A stretch of DNA of 16,369 nucleotides from an uncultured delta proteobacterium (GTDB lineage: Bacteria; Desulfobacterota; WTBG01; CAIYCZ01). The position numbers and the translations under genes are program-made. The notes under the pieces were generated by a model. The model saw only the letters and a program-made list of their open reading frames with translations, did no database searches and was not told the origin of the DNA. The DNA lies in the NCBI GenBank assembly GCA_963803975.1, contig CAWDOY010000006.1, positions 1-16,369 of the forward strand, in the 5' to 3' direction. Positions 9,184-16,369 of this stretch are shown here, piece after piece (positions within the stretch are counted from its first letter, which is position 1; every line of letters begins with the position of its first letter).

Positions 9184-9263
9184 AACCACCGAGGCCACAG
9201 AGAAATTACAACTATACGCAAATGTTTCAGAAAAGAACAGAACTCTCTGTGCGCTCTGTGGTT
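9184..9263. repeat. AACCACAGAG-type palindromic repeat, copy 2
   Basis: AACCACCGAGGCCACAGAGA (9184-9203) and TCTCTGTGCGCTCTGTGGTT (9244-9263) are 17/20 complementary around a 40-nt spacer. Confidence 0.75.
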
Positions 9264-9344
9264 TAATAAACCGTAGGCTCAAATATCATAAATAGAAAGA
9301 ATTTCCAAGCAGTAATAAAAAATACCCGTTTTAAAAATAAAAAA

Positions 9345-9355
9345 TGTGGTATACT
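9345..9355 (+). promoter_or_regulatory. Extended -10 promoter for ssrA
   Basis: TGTGGTATACT (TGn-TATACT) about 40 nt before the tmRNA 5' end, with A-tracts upstream. Confidence 0.6.
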
Positions 9356-9393
9356 ATTAATAGTTTAATTCCTCAATAACCACTTTTAGAAAA

Positions 9394-10035
<642 letters not shown>

Positions 10036-10038
<3 letters not shown>

Positions 10039-10362
10039 CCTTGGTCCGTATATATCCTCAAATGCTCTGACTACTCTTATTATGTTGGTCATACGGCACA
10101 TATTGAAAGTCGCTTAAAAGCTCACAATTGCGGCAAAGGTGCAAAACATACTGCAACACATCTCCCCGTTACACTTGTCTATCACGAACCTGCAAACTCA
10201 AAAGCAGTTGCTATGAAACGCGAACAGCAGATCAAACACTGGTCAAAAGCTAAAAAAGAAGCTTTAGTCAGGGGTGACTTATTGTCTCTGAAGAAGTTAT
10301 CCAAATGCAGAAACCATGTGTCTAAGGATAAAACAAGCAACCCCATTTCCAGCACGCCTTAA
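10036..10362 (+). CDS. Stand-alone GIY-YIG nuclease family protein (YhbQ/UPF0213-like)
   Basis: WSVYILKCSDYSYYVGHT...RLKAHNCGKGAKHT...PVTLVYHE...AMKREQQIKHWSKAKKEAL; both Tyr motifs, Arg, His and catalytic Glu are present. Confidence 0.92.
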
Positions 10363-10398
10363 GATAACCCCTCTTAACCCCATACAGGAGAAACCCCA

Positions 10399-12041
10399 AT
10401 GAAGCTCACCAAAAAAATCAGGATGTATTTTTTAGCAATTTTGATTGTGGCATTATGGCCGGTTCTGGATACAAGAACAGACAGGGGCGGTTTTCTGAAG
10501 GCGCTGGCGTTTGCCGCTTCGTCATGGGAAAACACCGCGACAGTCGCCACCACGCTTGGCAGTGTAAAAGGTTTTGAAGATAGTTTTAAAACATGGTCGT
10601 GGAAGGCAATCCCTTATGCCAGGCCACCGGTCGGAGAACTTGCGCTGGAAGGCTCCACAGGACCCGGACTCCTGGTCAGAGACCAGGGAGGAAACAGAAT
10701 TCTGCAGCATGTGCCCGCAATTTTCTACTACTGAAACCGGCACGGTAATCAAGGGCAGCGAGGATTGTCTCTGTTTAAACATCTGGCGGCCGCAGTCCGC
10801 AGAAACCAACCTCCCGGTTTACTTCTGGATTCACGGCGGCAGTAATGTCCAGGGGTCAGCTGATCCCTATATCGGTGCAACCATGGCCAGCCGGTCTAAC
10901 ATGGTAATCGTCACCATCAACTACCGCCTTGGGCCTCTCGGCTGGTTCACCCACCCGGCGCTGAGGGACGGTGAAGACGCACTCAACAGTTCCGGCAATT
11001 ACGCTACCATGGATATGATAAAGGCGCTTGAATGGGTCCGTGATAATATTGCAGCTTTTGGCGGTAACCCGCAGAACGTAACCATTGCCGGCCAGTCCGC
11101 CGGGCGGCATCAATGTTTTGACCCTTATGATATCGCCCGTGGCAAAAGATCTTTTTCACCGGGTAATATCCCAGAGCGGCGGCCTGGAGCCCGCGTCACA
11201 AAAAGACGGGGATGATTACGCCAATACTGTCATAGAGGCGCTGCTGGTACGTGATGGCACCCCTGAGAAAAGCGCCCGAAGCGAAAGAGAGGCCATGAGC
11301 TATGCTGAAATCAGGACCTATCTCAGGTCAAAAACCATGGAAGAGTTTTTTGCTGCAATTTCCGGGATGAAACGCAACCCCGCTGTTTTTAACGATGGCG
11401 CGGTTATCCACCAGGACGGCGCTAATGCCTTTGATGACCCGGCAAAATACCATCAGGTTCCGGTTATTATCGGCAGCACCTCTGAAGAGGGCAAGCTGTT
11501 CATGTACCTTGCGGGCGTGCACAAGTTCATGGGTAACGGGCTTTACCAGTGGATAGGGAAAAGACTCTCGCAGATCGGCAGGCAAAACGGGTTGGATACG
11601 ATTGCGCAAAAAATGAGCAGCCATGAAACCCAGCCGGGTGTTTACAGCTACATCTTTCAGTACGGGCAATACAACAGGAATGGATACAATGCCTGGCCGA
11701 CTGACTCAGGCCCTACGGACAAAATGAGCTGGGCCATCGCGCTCGGGTCGTTTCACGCGCTGGACATCCCCTTCAATTTCGGCCTGATCGGGTCGTTTCC
11801 CCTGTTTGCAGATGCTACTGATTATCTGTTCCGGGAAGATAACCGGCCGGGGCAGATGGCTCTCTCTGATGCGATGATGGCTTATACCGCGCAGTTTGCC
11901 CGCGTCGGCAACCCGAACGTCGCTGGGCTTCCACAATGGACCGAGTGGCCGGCCGGCAAAAGGTCACGGGAGCCGAAATTCATGCTGTTTGATGCCAACG
12001 ATACAGATGCTGTCTTAAAGATGGCACCTGATGTTGAATAG
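10399..12041 (+). pseudogene. Type-B carboxylesterase, probably exported; split by two +1 frameshifts (real or sequencing error)
   Basis: Three ORFs join into IPYARPPVGELRWKAP, SEDCLCLNIW, WIHGGS, NYRLGPLG, GQSAGG (Ser), GSTSEEG (Glu), FHALDI (His). Extra bases at about 10640-10642 and 11102-11104; repaired length 546 aa; SD AGGAG. Confidence 0.88.
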
Positions 12042-12127
12042 CGAACAACGCCATCAAAAAGTCATTGCGGACATAAGAGCCAGGCGCCGTGCTTCGTGGT
12101 TGTTTATGGAAGAAACAGGTCTCAAGA

Positions 12128-12173
12128 GACCCCTCTTATATCCCCCCTTGCCAAGGGGGGAGACAGGGGGGTC
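12128..12173. repeat. GC-rich palindromic element between convergent genes
   Basis: GACCCCTCT-TATA-TCCCCCCTT-GCC-AAGGGGGGA-GAC-AGGGGGGTC, a two-segment hairpin. Confidence 0.75.
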
Positions 12174-12215
12174 ATTGAATTCAAGACTCCACGCTATTTA
12201 CTTCCCTCCCCACTC

Positions 12216-12704
12216 TTACTTTTCAACCCCAACCTTCACTATCACAGGTTTTAAGACGCGCACGGCATCTTTCGGGTCAATGCCCACGAGGTACCCCCGC
12301 TTGCCGCCGTTTATATAAATACGGGGAAGATCCAGGATGGTTTCTTCCATATAGACCGGCATATTCGTGCGGGTGCCGAACGGCGAAGTTCCGCCCACAA
12401 GATACCCGGTATGCTTCTGGGCTGTTTCCGGAGAACAGGGCAGAATATTTTTTGCTCCGATTATGCGGGCAAGCTGCTTTCCTGAAACCTGCAGGTCTCC
12501 GTGCATGAGAACGATAAGCGGCTTCCTGCTGTCATCCTCCATGACAATGGTCTTCACCACCGCGTGCTCGTCAACCCCGAGCTCTCGCGCTGACACTTCT
12601 GTTCCGCCGTGCTCTTCATAGGCATAGAGATGGCTCGTGAACTCTACCTTCTCAGCCTTCAGCACTCTTACTGCCGGTGTTACGGGTAATTTCTCTTTTG
12701 CCAT
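12216..12704 (-). CDS. ybaK: Cys-tRNA(Pro) deacylase YbaK
   Basis: TPAVRVLK, VVKTIV, TGYLVGGTSPFG, INGGKRG motifs. Start 12704 is preferred over 12713 on promoter position. Confidence 0.92.
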   Translation of the reverse strand: MAKEKLPVTPAVRVLKAEKVEFTSHLYAYEEHGGTEVSARELGVDEHAVVKTIVMEDDSRKPLIVLMHGDLQVSGKQLARIIGAKNILPCSPETAQKHTGYLVGGTSPFGTRTNMPVYMEETILDLPRIYINGGKRGYLVGIDPKDAVRVLKPVIVKVGVEK

Positions 12705-12711
12705 GCGCCCC

Positions 12712-12740
12712 ATAATACAAAAAAGGGATTAGCCATGCAA
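12712..12740 (-). promoter_or_regulatory. Putative sigma70 promoter of ybaK
   Basis: TTGCAT-N17-TATTAT ending 7 nt before the ATG. Confidence 0.65.
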
Positions 12741-12750
12741 CGCTAATCCC
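12719..12750 (-). terminator. Intrinsic terminator overlapping the ybaK promoter
   Basis: GGGATTAGC-N8-GCTAATCCC perfect 9-bp stem followed by TTTTTT on the minus strand. Confidence 0.7.
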
Positions 12751-12851
12751 AGCCTTAAAAGATCGAGGGCATGAGATGATATGGCATAAAATATTGGGGT
12801 CAGGCTTGATAAATTTGTATTGGTCGTGCCATGTTTCATACAAAGCAAAGC

Positions 12852-12894
12852 AGACGGATTATGTCAATAGTTGATAGTTGCGGTTTGACCCTTT
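12852..12894. repeat. Direct repeat copy A (AGACGGA..TAGTTGATAGTTG-N-GGTTTGACCC)
   Basis: Copy B is 13805-13832 joined to 15425-15439 once the IS is removed. Confidence 0.8.
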
Positions 12895-13066
12895 TTGCTC
12901 CCTTTTGCTTACTTGACTTTCGTATCATGGATGTCCCCCATTTTCCCTGGCGTTTGTGGTGATGGCCGCGGGAATGTTGTTATGTGGAACAAGCTCAGGG
13001 GCAAGCGCTTAAAAAGTTGGGGGGCTGACGTTTCTTCTGGTCTTTTTTTTGGTATGGCAATATCGT

Positions 13067-13357
13067 TCAGCCGGCCTGCACGCGCAGTTTCAAGCCGGTG
13101 CTCTCAATAATTGAGGTAAAGGTTGAGAGATGCGGGTTTCCTTTTGCGGAAAGCACGCGGTACATATTTTCCCGGTTTATTTTTGCTTTTCTGGCTGTGC
13201 GTGCCATGCCATGCGCTTCGCATACATTTTTCAGGGCAACCAATAATTCCTCCTGTGTGCCATGCTCGAGCGCTGCATTGATATATGCCTCTGCAAGCTT
13301 CGGGTCTTTAAGCCGTTTCAGTAATTCGCTTTTGTAATCTTTGCCTGGCCTGGTCAT
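13067..13357 (-). CDS. Addiction module antidote protein (HTH antitoxin, HI1420/HigA-like), 96 aa
   Basis: LKDPKLAEAYINAALE...LLVALKNVCEAHGMARTARKAKINRENMYRVLSAKGNPHLST pattern; AAGGA upstream of ATG 13357; lies downstream of its toxin. Confidence 0.88.
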   Translation of the reverse strand: MTRPGKDYKSELLKRLKDPKLAEAYINAALEHGTQEELLVALKNVCEAHGMARTARKAKINRENMYRVLSAKGNPHLSTFTSIIESTGLKLRVQAG

Positions 13358-13407
13358 TTTTTCATTCCTTCTTGCTGTTTGCCTGTTTTCAAAGGAGACA
13401 AGCGGTT

Positions 13408-13730
13408 TCACTTTTTTCGGGCCTTGTAGTCTTGCCAATACGCTTTAGCGCGTTTAATGTCTTTTTCCTGGCCCCTTTTTGTTCCCCACACAGCAGAATT
13501 ACCAGATATTTTCCATCATTGCCGAAATATATCCGGTATCCGGGACCATGGTCTATTCTTAATTCGTGCACACCATCCCCGACCGGCTCACAGTCGCCAA
13601 AGTTTCCCAGCTCAATTCTGTCTATCCTTTGCAGTATTCTTGCCTTTGCATTAATGTCGCTCAGGGTGTCCAGCCAGTTTTCAAACGGGCACTCTTTCTC
13701 TTGCGTCTGATAGATGTGTATTTTCGGCAA
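13408..13730 (-). pseudogene. Addiction module killer protein (RelE/HigB-like toxin, HI1419-type) with a 1-nt deletion
   Basis: PFENWLDTL, RIDRIELGNFGDCEPVGDGVHELRIDHGPGYRIYF, VILLCG. Adding one G at 13484-13487 restores GGTKRGQEKDIKRAKAYWQDYKARKK-stop. Confidence 0.88.
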
Positions 13731-13766
13731 AGAACTTTCCCTGGCGATAAATTATTATTTTAAATA

Positions 13767-13795
13767 AGTGTAGCCTACAAGCTACATCATGTCAA
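13767..13795 (-). promoter_or_regulatory. TA operon promoter with palindromic operator
   Basis: TTGACA-N17-TACACT; TGTAGC-N6-GCTACA inverted repeat (13769-13786) overlaps the spacer and -10 box. Confidence 0.8.
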
Positions 13796-13853
13796 ATCAT
13801 AAATAGACGGAGGTTTTTGTAGTTGATAGTTGACGGGCTGTTGCCCAAATCAT

Positions 13854-13882
13854 TTGATAGCAGGCAATAAAATTGATATATT
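13854..13882 (+). promoter_or_regulatory. Putative transposase promoter
   Basis: TTGATA-N17-TATATT with TGn extension just inside the left TIR. Confidence 0.6.
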
Positions 13883-13918
13883 CCTTCTTAATTATAAACA
13901 CAAGAAGGAACAATCAAC

Positions 13919-15397
13919 ATGATGGGCAAACAGCCAGGCAACCAGCAGAAGTTGTTTTATTACAACATCAGTCTTGAACAACGGGTATCGGAAAACCACC
14001 TACTACGAAAAATCAAGAAGGCAATCGATTTTGATTTTGTCTATCAAGAGGTGAACGATAGCTACGGGTACAATGGAAATGTTTCAGTACCACCACCGGT
14101 GATACTGAAGATGCTGTTACTGTTGGTACTCTATAATGTACGTTCAGAGCGGGAGTTGCTGGAGACGCTGCCGGTGCGACTGGACTGGCTGTGGTTTTTA
14201 GGGTTTGAGCTGGATAGTGAAGTACCCAATCACAGTGTATTGAGTAAAGCCCGCGTGCGCTGGGGAGTGGAGACCTTCAAGGGATTTTTTGAGCGCATAG
14301 TAGGGCAGTGTGTCGTAGCTGGATTGGTAGACGGGAAAAAACTTTTTATTGATTCCAGTTTAATCGACGCCAATGCCTCAAACAACTCAGTAGTAGACAC
14401 GCATCGGCTGGGGCATTATTTAAAGAAGGGGTATCGAGAAGTTGAGCAGCGGTTAGAGGAACTGGCAGAAGAGAAGAACGGGGAGGCCAATAAGCGTTAT
14501 CTGTCAACGACAGACCCGGATGCATCGGTGACCAGACACAGCGGGAGCAGACCAAAGCTGCGCTATAAGACACATCGAGGGGTAGATGGAAAAGAAGAAG
14601 TGATAACGGCGACCCAGGTAACGGCAGGTAGTGTGGATGACGGGGAGATGATGGAAGCAGTCATCGCGGCACACGAGCAGAATACCGGGGAAGATGTGGC
14701 GGTTGTGGTAGGGGACAGCAGGTACGGGATAAAGGATAATTATTTATTATGTGCTGAACGGGAGATCAAGGCCCACCTGCCGAATTTAGAAGAGACGCAG
14801 CGGGGGTCAGGGCGCCAGGAAGGGATTATACCAAAGGAAGCGTTTATGTATGATGCAGAGCAAGACGCCTTCCTCTGTCCCGCGGGAGAGCTTTTAAGGA
14901 AGCGCAATTTTAATAAAGATCGTCAGTATTATGAATACAAGGCAAGCAGAAAGGTGTGCGCTGGTTGTGAGCTTCGCGCCGGATGTACCAGAGCCAAGGA
15001 TGGCAGAAGTTTAAAACGGCATGTGCGGCAGGATGAGTTAGACCGGATGTTAGAGATAGCCAGCAGTGCGGCAGCACAACGGGATATAAAAACCAGGCAG
15101 CATTTATCCGAGCGGTCCTTTGCCCGGTCAACGCGGTACGGATACAAGCGAGCACGGTGGCGGGGTTTATGGCGGATGCAGATACAGGATTTTCTAATAG
15201 CTGCGGTACAGAATATACAGATTCTTATCAAGAAGACCGCAGGTAGGGTAGTCAGCAAGGCACAAACCGCAGCAGAGGTCACTAAAACGGTGTGGTCAGG
15301 GGCAGCAACTGCTTTATTATTCTCTTTTGGTTTTAGTATTATACCGGGACAAGCAACAACAGATGCGTGGTGCTTTGTGTCCGCGTCCCAGCGCTAA
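13919..15397 (+). CDS. IS1182-family DDE transposase
   Basis: N-terminal DUF772-like region (PPVILKMLLL..RSERELL..WFLG..PNHSVLS); DDE candidates IDSS, GDSRYG, SERSFA; CPAG...CxxC..RxxC zinc-ribbon insertion. Confidence 0.92.
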   Translation: MMGKQPGNQQKLFYYNISLEQRVSENHLLRKIKKAIDFDFVYQEVNDSYGYNGNVSVPPPVILKMLLLLVLYNVRSERELLETLPVRLDWLWFLGFELDSEVPNHSVLSKARVRWGVETFKGFFERIVGQCVVAGLVDGKKLFIDSSLIDANASNNSVVDTHRLGHYLKKGYREVEQRLEELAEEKNGEANKRYLSTTDPDASVTRHSGSRPKLRYKTHRGVDGKEEVITATQVTAGSVDDGEMMEAVIAAHEQNTGEDVAVVVGDSRYGIKDNYLLCAEREIKAHLPNLEETQRGSGRQEGIIPKEAFMYDAEQDAFLCPAGELLRKRNFNKDRQYYEYKASRKVCAGCELRAGCTRAKDGRSLKRHVRQDELDRMLEIASSAAAQRDIKTRQHLSERSFARSTRYGYKRARWRGLWRMQIQDFLIAAVQNIQILIKKTAGRVVSKAQTAAEVTKTVWSGAATALLFSFGFSIIPGQATTDAWCFVSASQR

Positions 15398-15513
15398 ATT
15401 GGCCATTTGGGCAACAGCCCGTTGAGGTTTGACCCCTTTGCCCCTCCATTTAGTGCCCCTTTGAGTTGAATGAAAATTATTCCCTCCCCCGTATATCCAC
15501 CTCGGCACCGCCT

Positions 15514-16369
15514 TCACTGTTTCACCTTTTCCCTGATAGCTGGCATTAATGAATCCAATACCCTGCGGGTGCTTGCTCTGGCAGTGTCGTTATTCTGCAG
15601 AACTTCTACAACTGCAGGAGATAGATCATAGTAGGTCTTAATCATCTGGCGACCCGTTGCAGACTTGCTCAATACCTTATCTCGATACTCACGCAACAAT
15701 TCGGTTTCCTCGCTGTCTTTGCCGTAAATTGTTTCTGCAACACATTGGTTACCTGGGACAGTTGTGGTGGTAGAAATTGAAATGGTTGTTGTTGTTGTTT
15801 CTGGTAGAGAGGTTGTAGTCGTTGTGGGTAAAATTGTCGAAGTGCCAGTTGAGCCAATGTTGCGTACGGCGCGAACATAGTAGCCGTCGGCATTTTTGCC
15901 TTTGTTCACGCTGCCGTTGCCGAAGTCCACGCCCCACGCGCCGCCAGTACCGTTCGTGCTGGCAGTAGACGACCAGTAAAAGGACGCCACCACATCCGTG
16001 AATGGATGTCCCTGCGGTAAGGAAGGCTCAGTTTGTGAATAGTCAACAAGGCTTCTCAGCTCGTTCACATTGGGCAGCCGCCAGTCTGTATGGCCCCCTG
16101 TGTTCAATGTCTTTACATAGTAAAGCGCTGACTGCCATGTCACTTGTACTGTCTCACCCTTTATCCACATGAGGCCAGTCAGTTTGTCCGTCACCGTGCC
16201 GTCGCCATGGTCCACAAACCGGGGGAAGGCCGCGCAACCCCTGCCTGAATATCTCGCCATCATCACCAGCGGCATATATTGTCGTCTGCCCGGTCTTTGG
16301 CAAACAAATAACAGAATTATCTATTCCACAGCAATACGTAACTGAACGAGCAGCACGTAGACATAAACA
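15514..16369 (-). CDS. DUF1566 (Lcl-type) domain protein with Thr-rich linker and CFI-box-CTERM-like tail; frameshifted near 16221-16255, 5' end outside window
   Basis: RFVDHGDGTVTDKLTGLMW, W..A, DWRLPNVNELRSL, YWSST, YVRAVR; C-terminal CVAETIYG..LLREYRDKVL..GRQMIKTYYDLSP. An upstream frame gives LPKTGQTTIYAAGDDG. Confidence 0.82.

Larger units (their letters stand above)
13833..15422 (+). mobile_element. Complete IS1182-family insertion sequence, 1590 bp
   Basis: Perfect 18-bp TIR ACGGGCTGTTGCCCAAAT at 13833-13850 and 15405-15422; TG on both flanks. Confidence 0.92.

Noticed and set aside
8328..9266. 312-aa plus-strand ORF
   Set aside because: Antisense shadow of argJ with no recognisable motifs. 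The same applies to the other antisense ORFs over core genes.
13358..13438. N-terminal extension of the antitoxin in the ORF track
   Set aside because: Overlaps the repaired toxin C-terminus; ATG 13357 has an SD and gives the family-typical size.
12942..13746. 11-bp direct repeat TTTCCCTGGCG around the TA ORFs
   Set aside because: It excludes the TA promoter and is short enough to arise by chance.

Overview
Bacterial chromosomal window. Gene set, short EF-Ts and tmRNA tag suggest a Desulfobacterota/deltaproteobacterium-like organism (inference). Left part (1-9154, all minus strand) is core: argJ, rpsB, tsf, pyrH, frr, a small 2x[4Fe-4S] ferredoxin missing from the ORF track, uppS, cdsA, dxr, rseP and the start of tsaB. 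Its intergenic gaps carry small palindromic or MITE-like inserts. A tmRNA gene (ssrA, 9394-9743, tag ADDYTYALAA) marks the switch to an accessory region. The tmRNA lacks a genomic CCA; a ~290-nt hairpin-rich, repeat-containing block starts at its discriminator base and runs directly into a stand-alone GIY-YIG nuclease gene, which is the strongest candidate for an undescribed system. Downstream lie a doubly frameshifted carboxylesterase, ybaK, a HigB/HigA-like toxin-antitoxin pair (toxin frameshifted) bracketed by a direct repeat, a complete IS1182-family element inserted inside one repeat copy, and a frameshifted DUF1566/CFI-box surface-protein gene with a segment resembling a DGR variable region. 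All calls come from reading the sequence; no searches were run.
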